A DNA stretch of 64,000 bases from Desulfovibrio sp. (lineage in GTDB: Bacteria > Desulfobacterota > Desulfovibrionia > Desulfovibrionales > Desulfovibrionaceae). The stretch covers positions 13,519-77,518 of the forward strand of contig JAITRF010000060.1 in assembly GCA_031288535.1 (NCBI GenBank), in the 5' to 3' direction. Below are positions 1-8,854 of this stretch, in pieces (position 1 is the first letter of the stretch; each line of letters begins with the position of its first letter). A program made the position numbers and the translations under genes. The notes under the pieces are model-generated. The model searched no databases, was not told the DNA's origin, and was given only the letters and a program-made list of their open reading frames with translations.

Positions 1-587
1 TTTGCAGGTCCATTCCGCGTAAAGCGCGGCCAACTCCTGTTCGGAGTACGTCGGCCTGTCATACAGGCCGGCGGCCTTTCTCTGCCTTGATGCTTCCGCC
101 AGGAGCAGGGCGGCCGCGACCGACACGTTGAAGCTCTGGATCATGCCGTACATGGGGATATAGACCTCGGCATCGGAGATACCCAGAACTTCCGCATCTA
201 CTCCCCGATGTTCGTTTCCCATCATAAAGGCTGTGGGAAGCGTCAGGTCGAATTCGTGCACCGGGCGCGCGTCCGGGTCGCAGGTCGCCGCGAGCAGGCG
301 CATGTTTTTGCCTCGCAGGGCAGCCGCAAGGTTTTCCAGTTGCCTGTGGCGGATTGTTTTTACCCACTTGCGCGCCGAGGCGGAACTTTTCGCTCCCAGG
401 GAGGGGAAAGCGGTATCCGTGTAGTAAAGATGCGCTTCCGGAACCCCGAAGGCGTCGCAACTACGGAATATGGCGGAAACATTGTGCGGATCGTGGATGT
501 TGCAGAGCACCAGTGTCAGATCTTTTTGCCTGTAAAGCAACGCCTGACGGATTTTCGCCTCGCGCCGGGGGGTGATTGTTCCGGCAT
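1..587 (-). CDS. SpoU/TrmH-family RNA 2'-O-methyltransferase (3' end runs off the left edge of the window)
   Basis: My own minus-strand translation from ATG at 587: MPEQSPPGARRKIRQ..LCNIHDPHNVSAIFRSCDAFGV..FMMGNEHRGV..IPMYGMIQSFNVSVAAALLL. These are typical SpoU motifs. It is absent from the ORF track because no stop lies inside the window. Confidence 0.8.
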
Positions 588-596
588 GTGGCATTT

Positions 597-1301
597 TCAG
601 GGCGTGGGCGGGAAAAGGGCGATGAGATCCAGGGGGGATATTTCCGGATATATGGGCAGCAGGGAGAGTTTGCGGAAATCTTCCGGGGTGTCCAGGTCCA
701 GCTTTATATCCGGCCGGCGCAGACGGGGGTCCTCCGGATCAAAGGTTGTTATGCCGAATTCGCCGGGGTTGTCCAGAATATAGGAGAGGCAATGCTCACG
801 CTGCCAGGGATGCTCCGCTTTTCGGTCCAGCAGCCGCAAAAGTTCAAGAGAAACTATTTCCGCGCCCAGACCGTCCGGATAAAGGTTGTTGAGCGGGACA
901 TGATTGTAGGCATAGGCCTTTTCCCTGCCGGGAAGCCGGGCAAAGCAGTCTATGAGCCTGTCAAGTTCAGGACCCCAGATCAGTGGGTTGTCGGCGCAGA
1001 CGCGCAGCACGCACACGTTCCGGCGTCGACCCGCAACTTCGTTCGCGGCCATGACAAAGCGCTTAAGAACATCGTTTTCCGGTCCCCGGAACACGTCGAC
1101 ATTTTGTTTTTGCAGGTGGCGGTGCAGCACGTCGTCCAAGGGCGTGTCCGGAACGGCGACCATGAGCCTGTCGACCAGCCGCGCTTGCGCGCAACGTTTG
1201 ACAACCCAGTCGATCACGGGCAGACCGTGCAGGCTGAGCATCATTTTGCAGGGCAGGCGGCTTGACCCCATGCGAGCCTGGATTAAGGCTATGACATACA
1301 T
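597..1301 (-). CDS. Cytidylyltransferase, SpsF / CMP-Kdo-synthetase-like family
   Basis: 234-aa ORF. N-terminus IALIQARMGSSRLPCKMM..LHGLPVIDWVV is typical of the SpsF-type (CTP_transf_3-like) nucleotidyltransferase fold. It overlaps the upstream gene by 13 nt. Confidence 0.75.
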   Translation of the reverse strand: MYVIALIQARMGSSRLPCKMMLSLHGLPVIDWVVKRCAQARLVDRLMVAVPDTPLDDVLHRHLQKQNVDVFRGPENDVLKRFVMAANEVAGRRRNVCVLRVCADNPLIWGPELDRLIDCFARLPGREKAYAYNHVPLNNLYPDGLGAEIVSLELLRLLDRKAEHPWQREHCLSYILDNPGEFGITTFDPEDPRLRRPDIKLDLDTPEDFRKLSLLPIYPEISPLDLIALFPPTP

Positions 1302-2314
1302 ATTTGTCCGCCTCCGGGAACCCGGAGCAGGTCCAGGATTGTACTCACAACCTTGGCCTTGTTGCCGATAAAGTCAAATTTTTCCAGGCGGTTCCGGAAA
1401 AGAAACCTTTCCTCCGGGTTTTGCATGCGCATGAAGGCCGTGCGCAGATCAGCGGCGCGAAATGGGTTCATCACGCCCAGATACATGAAGCCGTTTTCCG
1501 GTCTGGCGAAACGGTGCATATCTTCCCGCTCGTGATGTGCCAGCACTATTCCCGGAATGCGCATGTGGGCGAGCTCATAGACCGTGCGGCCGGCCGAGCA
1601 GACTGCGAAATCGGCATTTTCCATCTCCCTGGACATGATGTTGGTCGCGTGGGTGAAAGAGAGGCGCGTTTGGCCGGGATCGAGAAACTCGATGCGTTCC
1701 AGCAGGGCTTGCTTGTGGGCATAGCCGGGGCCGGCAACCACCCGTATGCTCAATTCTTCGCGCAGGCAGTCCTCAAACAGAGCATCCACGCTTTGGCGGG
1801 TGAAGTCTGAAAAATCCGTGCCTCCGAAGGTGATCAGTATCCTTTCCGCTTTAGGGCGGAACAGGTTGCGCCTTGCCTTGAGAAATTCGTCGCGCAGGCA
1901 GAAATTCTCATGTCCGTATAAAAGATGCGGGGCGCGTTTTTCTCCTCGCTCATACAGGGCGTTGACGACGATGTCCGCGAGCGCCGCGCCCGGACCCTCG
2001 TCTTCAAAATTTACCAGACGCAGCCCCCGTTGTTTCAGAGGCAGCATATAGTCCGCATCGGTGTCCAGCATGTCGTTGATCACAAGGTCCGGCTTGAGGG
2101 CCAGCACATCCCGCCAGAGAAAGACGCTTTGCTGTATCAGGGCGGGGAAATGCGCCGCCGCCAGATCCGCTGCATAGGTCCCGCTTTCCCGTGTGCAAAG
2201 AAAGCTGACATTGAAATCTTTCATTTCGCCCGCCAGCATCAGGCTGCGGTAAATATGGCCGAGACCTATCGCCGGATAGCCGGCCACCACAAAAAGTATG
2301 TTTCTCCCCATCAT
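1289..2314 (-). CDS. PseG/SpsG-like UDP-sugar hydrolase / glycosyltransferase-28-like protein
   Basis: ORF 1289..2377. The likely start is the internal ATG at 2314, which forms an ATGA overlap with the stop of the upstream aminotransferase. The motif ILFVVAGYPAIGLGHIYRSLMLA resembles the PseG/SpsG N-terminus. Confidence 0.65.
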   Translation of the reverse strand: MMGRNILFVVAGYPAIGLGHIYRSLMLAGEMKDFNVSFLCTRESGTYAADLAAAHFPALIQQSVFLWRDVLALKPDLVINDMLDTDADYMLPLKQRGLRLVNFEDEGPGAALADIVVNALYERGEKRAPHLLYGHENFCLRDEFLKARRNLFRPKAERILITFGGTDFSDFTRQSVDALFEDCLREELSIRVVAGPGYAHKQALLERIEFLDPGQTRLSFTHATNIMSREMENADFAVCSAGRTVYELAHMRIPGIVLAHHEREDMHRFARPENGFMYLGVMNPFRAADLRTAFMRMQNPEERFLFRNRLEKFDFIGNKAKVVSTILDLLRVPGGGQICMS

Positions 2315-3510
2315 GCGCCCATGCCCGCGCGCAGGCCGTCCAGGGTTTTCTGGCAGCACCCCAGCATATACGCGCACTGGTCGTCCCCAAGGTTATGCTG
2401 GAAGGGGAAAGAAATCATGTGATCGTAAAAATCGTCCGCATTGGGGCAGGCGGCCTGCCCGAGACCCAGTTTTTGGTAAAAGGGATAACGGTTGAGCGGA
2501 TAATACTGCACCACACATTTGATGCCGAATTCGCCGAACATGCGGCGAATGAAGGCGTCGCGAAGGTTTGCCGGACCGTCAAGGCGGGCTGCCAGCAGGT
2601 GATAATTGTGGCGCGGGCTGTCTTCGCGGTGAAATTCCAGTTCCGGGTAGCCGGAGAGGGCGTCGATAAAACCTATGGCGCGGGTGCGTTTCTGGGCGTT
2701 GATTTCCATTACGCGCTCCAGCATCTTGATGCCGAGGGCGCATTCAACCTCGCCCAGACAGTAGTTGGCCGGCCAGATGCGCCTGCCTTCAAGCTCCGGG
2801 AAATCCAAATCGCCCATGGCCGGACGCCAGTAGTCCTCCCGATCTTCCGGATAGGCGCAGTGCCCGTTGTGACGCAGCATGGGGACGATTGCGGCGCGTT
2901 TTTCATCCTTGACCGTAAGCATGCCACCTTCGCCCAAGGTTGTGAGATTTTTGTGCGAATGAAAGGAAAATACGCCGAAATCGGCGAAGTTGCCGGCCTT
3001 TTCCCCCTCAAGTTCCGCCCCGATGGCCTGGCAGGCGTCTTCTACCACCAGCAGTCCGCGTTTTTCCGCCAGTTCCATGATCGGGGGCATGTCCGCTACG
3101 AAACCGTAGAGGTGCGGGACGACAATCGCCCTGGTGCGGGGGGTGAGCAGGGGTTCGATGTATTTGGCCGCTGTCACCCGCGTTTTCGGGTCTATGTCCG
3201 AGAATACGAGTTTGGCGCCCCGCGCGGCAAAAGGATAGGCGGAGGATGTGAAGGTGTGGGACGGAATAACTACCTCGTCTCCGGCCTGGAAAAGACAAAG
3301 GTCCGCAGTCATTTGCAGGGCGGCTGTGCCGTTCATGCAGGCAAAGGCATGGACCGCCCCGTTGAAGGCGCGGAATTTTTCCTGGAATGCCGCCTGGTAG
3401 CGCCCTTGGGTCAAGGGATCGGCGTTGCGCATGGCCTCGACGACCGTCGCTATTTCCTCTTCGCTGTAATCAAGAGAGCGGCCGCTGAAATTTACCTTGA
3501 GGTCCATCAT
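2311..3510 (-). CDS. DegT/DnrJ/EryC1/StrS-family PLP-dependent sugar aminotransferase
   Basis: ORF 2311..3546; probable start MMDLKV at 3510. Motifs NGTAALQ, DEVVIPSHTFTSS and FSFHSHKNLTTLGEGGML (PLP lysine region). Confidence 0.85.
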   Translation of the reverse strand: MMDLKVNFSGRSLDYSEEEIATVVEAMRNADPLTQGRYQAAFQEKFRAFNGAVHAFACMNGTAALQMTADLCLFQAGDEVVIPSHTFTSSAYPFAARGAKLVFSDIDPKTRVTAAKYIEPLLTPRTRAIVVPHLYGFVADMPPIMELAEKRGLLVVEDACQAIGAELEGEKAGNFADFGVFSFHSHKNLTTLGEGGMLTVKDEKRAAIVPMLRHNGHCAYPEDREDYWRPAMGDLDFPELEGRRIWPANYCLGEVECALGIKMLERVMEINAQKRTRAIGFIDALSGYPELEFHREDSPRHNYHLLAARLDGPANLRDAFIRRMFGEFGIKCVVQYYPLNRYPFYQKLGLGQAACPNADDFYDHMISFPFQHNLGDDQCAYMLGCCQKTLDGLRAGMGA

Positions 3511-3561
3511 CACTCCGGTGTCGGTTTGCGCGCGTGGCAGTTGCAAACAGGCAAAGCAGCA

Positions 3562-4647
3562 TCACATGGCTTTGAAAAGAGACGTCAGCCTCTCCCGGTT
3601 CAGGATCGTCCTGAATTCCGGTCCAAGGGCGTTGGCCAGTGGTTTTTCATGGATTATCGAACCTTGGTACAGGGCCTCGTACTGCTCCTCCGTAAGATCC
3701 CGGCAGATCCCGGACGGAAGGGTGATTCTGTTTTTCTCCAGCATTTTCATAAAAAGGGAGTGCTCTGTCGGATAGATGTCGGAAAGCACGGACAGTGCGT
3801 AGCAGTTCGCCCTGCCATGCGGCAGATGCAGGACTATGGAGAGGCCGGCGGAAATGGGGTGGACCGCGCCGGTGTTTCCGGCAGCCATGCCTCCCAGATA
3901 CGAGGCTACCATCATGTTTTCCAGGTTTCGTTCCTCCATCATGTCTCCGGAGCCGAGGAAGATGTCCGTGCAGACGGCGACGGCCGCAGCGGAAAGACGA
4001 TCTACTATCACATTGCGGTAGCTGCCGCGTTGAGATTCAAAACAGTGCATGAAGGTGTCGAGGCCGGTGAAAAAAAACTGTTCCCTGGGCACGGTGCGCG
4101 TCAGGGCCGGGTCCAGAACAAGCTGGTCGTATACGGTGAAATCGCTGTTCATGCCGAGTTTGAGCCTGCGCCGCATATTGGTCAGCACACAGGTGCGCGA
4201 ACATTCCGCCCCGGTTCCGGACAGGGTAGGCACCCCTATCTTGTAAACCGCGGGATTTTTAACCAGATCCCAGCCCTGGTAGTCCTCGGCCTTTCCGGGA
4301 TTGCTCAGGAGATTGGCCACGGCCTTGGCCGCGTCCAACACGCTTCCTCCCCCGATGCCCGTGATGCAGCACGGCACGCGGGTTCCCAGTTCTTCCTTCA
4401 GCGAGTCTGCCAAAGCGTCGATATACTCGACGGTCGGCTCGCTTGACGTGTCCACAAAAATCAGCTTGTCGCGTTTTTTGAGGGGAAGGGGCAGAACAGC
4501 GGCGTCCCTGAAAAAATGGTCGACATAAAAGACCGCCGGGGCGTCGGCAGGATCGCGCCGGGCGTCGATTAACGCCCCGAGCTGGCCGAAGGCGCCGAAG
4601 CCGAGCAGGTAATAAGGCACATTTTTGGTATTGCGGGTGACGGACAT
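3562..4647 (-). CDS. Iron-containing (class III) alcohol dehydrogenase / DHQS-like oxidoreductase
   Basis: ORF 3562..4665. The ATG at 4647 has AAGGGA upstream. GIGGGSVLDAAKAV and PTLSGTGAE are typical Fe-ADH-family motifs. Confidence 0.8.
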   Translation of the reverse strand: MSVTRNTKNVPYYLLGFGAFGQLGALIDARRDPADAPAVFYVDHFFRDAAVLPLPLKKRDKLIFVDTSSEPTVEYIDALADSLKEELGTRVPCCITGIGGGSVLDAAKAVANLLSNPGKAEDYQGWDLVKNPAVYKIGVPTLSGTGAECSRTCVLTNMRRRLKLGMNSDFTVYDQLVLDPALTRTVPREQFFFTGLDTFMHCFESQRGSYRNVIVDRLSAAAVAVCTDIFLGSGDMMEERNLENMMVASYLGGMAAGNTGAVHPISAGLSIVLHLPHGRANCYALSVLSDIYPTEHSLFMKMLEKNRITLPSGICRDLTEEQYEALYQGSIIHEKPLANALGPEFRTILNRERLTSLFKAM

Positions 4648-4845
4648 CGTAATCCCTTGCGGCAAGGAGAACCAGCCGGCATTTTAAATCATTTCGCGGT
4701 TCCAGAACCGGCTTACGCCGCTTCGCGGCGCGTCAGCCTTGCGGCTGATGTTGGATTCGACGCGGAAATCTATAATTGAGGCGGCTTCGGAAGTCAAGAA
4801 AGAGGATCGCCGCAGGGCGGACGCATCATATTCTTCACGTACGCC

Positions 4846-4972
4846 CAGAGCATTTTACGCTTGAAATGCTTGATTAACGGCGAGCGAAGCTCGCCTGCAA
4901 GAATTTCGCGGCAAGGATTTGCGAACAAATCCTTGCAGAGCAGCTCAACTTTTCAAAGTTGAACTGCTCTAG
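4846..4972 (-). repeat. Full copy of the tri-palindromic ~120-bp intergenic repeat (reverse orientation)
   Basis: The reverse complement aligns along its whole length with the copies at 21378, 52228 and 62758: ctagagcagttcaactttgaaaagttgagctgctc / gcaaggatttg..caaatccttgc / gaaattcttgcaggcgagcttcgctcgcc..caagcatttc / aagcgtaaaatgctc. Confidence 0.95.
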
Positions 4973-5153
4973 CCGCAGCATGCCGCCTTCGTTTGTCCGG
5001 TAAACATCATTCCCGCTGGCATGGCGGGCGCAGCAGGCGAATCAAGGCGTGGGAGAGCTTGCATTTGTCGCCTGGATAATTTATTATAAAATCTATCGAT
5101 TAAATTATATTATGAAAGTCGGCCGCCCGGCTCTCATCCGCGAGGTTGTAGGA

Positions 5154-6104
5154 ATGGATCTGCAACAGCTTAGAATCATAAGGCATACCGCGTCCTGCGG
5201 CTTCAACCTGACCAGAGCCGCGGAGGAAATGTACACCTCCCAGCCGGGATTGAGCCGCAGGATTCGCGAGTTGGAAGAAGAACTCGGGATTGAGTTGTTT
5301 ATACGCATCGGCCGGAGGCTCGCGGGTATGACCGAGGCGGGTAAGGAAGTTCTGGAGACGGCATGCCGGATTCTGGCCGAGGTGGGAAACATTCAGAGCG
5401 TCCCGGCGCGCTTCGGCAAGAGCGGGACAGGCGTGTTGCGCCTTGCCTCGGACCTCGTCCTTTTCCATCCCCTGTCGTCGGCCCTGAAGCGTTTCTACAA
5501 AAGTTACCCGCAGGTGCGTCTGGAGGTGCGCAGGCGCGATACTGCCTCCGTCGCCGTAGCGCTTTTGCACGATGAGGCGGATATGGGCATCGGCGGCGAG
5601 CGTCTGCGCGGTTTCCGGGACATTATAGTATTTCCCTGCGCCAGGATGCCATATCGGGCGATCATCCCCGCCGCCCATCCTCTGGCGGGAGCAAAGCGGT
5701 TAAGCCTTGAAGAACTCGCGCGCTATCCTCTACTTGCCGGGGCCGTGGGTTCGGATGAGCGCCTGGCTGTGGACAACGCCTTTACTTTGGCGGGGATGCA
5801 GCCGGATATAGTGCTCGGCGCTGACGCCCACTGCCTGACGGCCTGTGCGGCTCTGGGACTAGGGGTGGCCCTGATTTGCGATCCCGTGGCCGGGGAAGCG
5901 CAAGGCAAGGCGGTGCGCATAAGGAACGTATCCGGATTGTTCGGGTTTTCCCCTGTCTTTTTGGGAATGCGCCGGGGCAGATTGCTCAAGGATTTTGAAC
6001 TCAGGTTCATCCGGCTGCTTGCCCCGGAACTGGATCCTGAAACGGTGCGGCAGGCTGCGAACAGCCGGGAACCGGCGCCATATGTGCCCGGCTACACCAT
6101 TTGA
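5154..6104 (+). CDS. LysR-family transcriptional regulator (CysB-like HTH)
   Basis: ORF 5049..6104; probable start MDLQQLRIIR at 5154. The HTH LTRAAEEMYTSQPGLSRRIRELEEELG resembles CysB/Cbl-type LysR proteins. Confidence 0.85.
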   Translation: MDLQQLRIIRHTASCGFNLTRAAEEMYTSQPGLSRRIRELEEELGIELFIRIGRRLAGMTEAGKEVLETACRILAEVGNIQSVPARFGKSGTGVLRLASDLVLFHPLSSALKRFYKSYPQVRLEVRRRDTASVAVALLHDEADMGIGGERLRGFRDIIVFPCARMPYRAIIPAAHPLAGAKRLSLEELARYPLLAGAVGSDERLAVDNAFTLAGMQPDIVLGADAHCLTACAALGLGVALICDPVAGEAQGKAVRIRNVSGLFGFSPVFLGMRRGRLLKDFELRFIRLLAPELDPETVRQAANSREPAPYVPGYTI

Positions 6105-6143
6105 TTCTGTCCGTGGCCTTGTATCATCTTGAGCGACAAGATC

Positions 6144-6173
6144 GCACGGCAAAAACCGCGTTTTTTGCCGTGC
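6144..6173. terminator. 12-bp A/T-clamped hairpin between the convergent LysR and degP genes (possible bidirectional terminator)
   Basis: gcacggcaaaaa-ccgcg-(t)tttttgccgtgc is a perfect inverted repeat. Confidence 0.35.
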
Positions 6174-6215
6174 TTACGCCGCCTGCGGCGGCGATCCGGG
6201 CGGCAGGCCCGGCGA

Positions 6216-6311
6216 CTAGGGCAGTTTACGTCTGAGATTGTCGCTTAACTGCCAGGCAAGTTTGCCTTGCGACAATCCCGCGGCAAGGATTTGCAGGCAA
6301 ATCCTTGCCGC
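6216..6311 (-). repeat. Partial copy of the intergenic repeat (tail + hairpin 3 variant + hairpin 2; hairpin 1 missing)
   Basis: ctagggcagtttacgtctgagattgtcgc..gcgacaatc..gcggcaaggatttgcaggcaaatccttgccgc. The tail and hairpin 2 are homologous to full copies. Hairpin 3 has a different but still self-complementary stem. Confidence 0.85.
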
Positions 6312-6384
6312 TCGGTTTATATATTTTCAATGTTAAACCACTCTGATACGCTATTCTGTATACATTTTCAGGTGTTACAGCGTA

Positions 6385-7815
6385 CTAATTTTTCTTGTCC
6401 ATCTCTATGGCCCGGAAAAAGACCCGGCCTTGGCGGGAAATCTGCAGGAGCACCACGCCGCTTTGCTTGCCGGCGGCGTCGATCAGGGCGTCGAGTTCTC
6501 CGACTGAGTTCAGGCTTTGTTTGTTCGCTGCCAGGATCACGTCGCCCTGCTGGATGCCTGCCCGGCTCGCGAGCCCCTGCTCCTCAACCGATACCACGAG
6601 CAGGCCCGTGTTGTTGTTCAGATTGAAGCGGCGCATATCGTCTTGGGTTATGGGGCGTACGCCGAGGCCAAGCGTCTGGCCCGCCGTGTTCTGGGGCGCG
6701 CCGCTGCCTTTGCCGGCCGCGGCCTGCCCGCGTTCGCGTTCCGCCACAGTCAGGGTGAGTTTTTCCTCCTTGCCGTCCCGCCAAACCGTAACAACTGCCT
6801 TGCTGCCGGGAGCGAGCAGGGCGACCGTGCGCAGAAGTTGTTCGGTATCCGCGATTTTGTCGTCATTGACGGCGATAATTACATCCCCATCCCGCATTCC
6901 GGCCTGGGCGGCAGGTTGTCCGGGCAGGACGCTGTTCACCAGGGCGCCTTTGCTGTCTTTCATGCGCAAGGCCTTGGCCATGGCCGCGTCCACATTCTGA
7001 ATGGTCACGCCAAGCCAGCCCCGGCTGACCTTCCTGTGTTCCTTCAGATCGCCGATGATGCGCTGGGCCATGCTGGAGGGAATGGCAAAGCCTATACCCT
7101 GGGCGCGCTGGGCGATGGCTGTGTTGATGCCCACAACCTCGCCTTTCATGTTGAGCAGGGGTCCGCCGCTGTTTCCCCTGTTGATGGATGCGTCGGTCTG
7201 GAGGAAATCGTCATAGGAGCCGGACTGTATGTTTCGGCCTTTGGCGGAAACAATCCCGGCGGTTACCGTATGGTCCAGCCCCAGGGGGCTGCCGATGGCA
7301 AGAACCCATTCCCCGACGTCCAGGCTCTGGGAATCGCCGAAACTCAGGAAAGGCAGGTTGCTTGCATTGATTTTTATGAGCGCCAGATCGGTCTCCGGGT
7401 CCGTGCCGACCACCTCGGCCTTGTATTTGGTTTCGGTGCGATCTTTGGGATTTAAGTTGACCGTTATGAGGTTTGCCCCTTCAACCACGTGATTGTTGGT
7501 GACAATATAGCCGTCGGAGGAAATGATGAAACCTGAGCCTAGCGAGTGCGTGGTGCGCGGGCGCGGACCTCTGTTGTAGAAATCTTCAAATGGGCCGAAA
7601 AAACGTTCCATGTCCGGATGGCCCCGGAAAAAATCGAAAGGGTTGCCGTAAGAGCGTGTTTCTTCGGTGCGTTCCGTGCTGACGTTGACAACGGCCGGAA
7701 TCGCCGCCTTGGCCAGATCTCGGAAATCTGCCGCAGGCGCCGCTTTGGCGGCGGTCGTCCAGAGGAGTAGAAGGCAAAGGCCCGTTGCTGCCGGGAGATG
7801 AAGTTTTTTTCCCAT
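6385..7815 (-). CDS. degP: Periplasmic serine endoprotease DegP/HtrA family with two PDZ domains
   Basis: ORF 6385..7980. The probable start MGKKLHLPAATGLCLLLLWTTAAKA (signal peptide) is at 7815. Catalytic motifs TNNHVV, D..ALIK and GNSGGPLLN. Confidence 0.9.
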   Translation of the reverse strand: MGKKLHLPAATGLCLLLLWTTAAKAAPAADFRDLAKAAIPAVVNVSTERTEETRSYGNPFDFFRGHPDMERFFGPFEDFYNRGPRPRTTHSLGSGFIISSDGYIVTNNHVVEGANLITVNLNPKDRTETKYKAEVVGTDPETDLALIKINASNLPFLSFGDSQSLDVGEWVLAIGSPLGLDHTVTAGIVSAKGRNIQSGSYDDFLQTDASINRGNSGGPLLNMKGEVVGINTAIAQRAQGIGFAIPSSMAQRIIGDLKEHRKVSRGWLGVTIQNVDAAMAKALRMKDSKGALVNSVLPGQPAAQAGMRDGDVIIAVNDDKIADTEQLLRTVALLAPGSKAVVTVWRDGKEEKLTLTVAERERGQAAAGKGSGAPQNTAGQTLGLGVRPITQDDMRRFNLNNNTGLLVVSVEEQGLASRAGIQQGDVILAANKQSLNSVGELDALIDAAGKQSGVVLLQISRQGRVFFRAIEMDKKN

Positions 7816-8093
7816 GATTGCCTCGTTGCTGAATGTTTTTATGGAAGATAAAGACTCTTTTGCGCTTGTAAAGGGAGTGGGGCAATAAGGGCGAAAATGT
7901 CTTCTGCCTTTATTGCCGCGGTATTTTTCCTTTGGTATAAGCGAAAGCCGCCGTGAACGCAAATTCGGCGCGCCGGGCATACCGCCCGGCGACCGGTATC
8001 CTGTTCAGTATGCTTTTTTAAGTGTTACAGCATACTGCTGTCATGATATTCTGCGAATGACGCGACACCTAGGCGGTTTGGGGGGGAGTCGAC

Positions 8094-8798
8094 ATGAGGG
8101 CGCTGCCCTTGCTTTCACTTGCCAAATCCACGCAGGCCCTGATTCGCGGGGAATTGCTGATTTTTCCCACCGAAACCGTATTCGGGCTTGGCTGTGACGC
8201 CATGAACGCCAAGGCTGTCGATGCTGTTTTCCGGATCAAGCGGCGTCCTTTGCATAAACCCCTGCCTCTTGTTGTTGGGTCACGAGCCTTGCTCGACGGC
8301 GCGATCCAGTCTCCGACGGAAACAGAGGCAAGGCTGATGGAACTTTTCTGGCCGGGTCCGCTTTCCATAGTCTGCCGCGCGCTGGATGAGCTTCCCTCCG
8401 CGCTGACCGCCGGAAGCGGCAGGGTGGCGGTGCGGGTTTCGCCTCATCCGGCCGTGCGTACGCTCTGCCGGGAAAGTGGCCTGGTTCTGGTCGCCACCAG
8501 CGCGAACATCAGCGAAAATCCCTCCGCGCGCCGTGTGGAAGAACTGGACGAGCGACTGGCCGAAGGAGTGGCGGGAGTTTTCTACCTGCCCCCTGACCCG
8601 GACGGCGGCAAATCTTCAACTCTTGTGGAAGTCGTCCGCGAGACGGAGAAGGCCGCTGGCGCAGGCGAGAGAGCGTCTTTTCCTGCCGATGCGGGGCCGG
8701 GACAAAATGTTCCCCGGGGCCGCCCGCTCTTGCGTATTTTGCGTTGGGGGGCGATTTCCGAAAAGAACTTGCTGGAGGCGGGACTTACTATAATTTAG
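8094..8798 (+). CDS. tsaC: L-threonylcarbamoyladenylate synthase (YrdC/TsaC/Sua5 family)
   Basis: LIFPTETVFGLGCDA, FRIKRRPLHKPLPLVV and ATSANISE are YrdC-domain motifs. Confidence 0.85.
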   Translation: MRALPLLSLAKSTQALIRGELLIFPTETVFGLGCDAMNAKAVDAVFRIKRRPLHKPLPLVVGSRALLDGAIQSPTETEARLMELFWPGPLSIVCRALDELPSALTAGSGRVAVRVSPHPAVRTLCRESGLVLVATSANISENPSARRVEELDERLAEGVAGVFYLPPDPDGGKSSTLVEVVRETEKAAGAGERASFPADAGPGQNVPRGRPLLRILRWGAISEKNLLEAGLTII

Positions 8799-8854
8799 GG
8801 TTGATACCTGATTGGTTATTTTTAAAGTAAAGGTTGAAGTACAGGATTGTGCGC

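Noticed and set aside
2395-4446. 683-aa plus-strand ORF, the longest in this part of the window
   Set aside because: It lies entirely antisense to the well-supported DegT aminotransferase and Fe-ADH genes. Its translation is Arg/Gly/His/Ala-rich with no recognisable motif. This is typical of shadow ORFs in GC-rich coding DNA.
5049-5153. 35-codon N-terminal extension of the LysR ORF (and similar long extensions for degP 7816-7980, hdrC 21786-21998, atpE 18371-18748 and GNAT 11883-12119)
   Set aside because: In each case an internal start codon restores the canonical family N-terminus (HTH, signal peptide, and so on), usually with a better SD. The extensions are low-complexity or overlap regulatory DNA.
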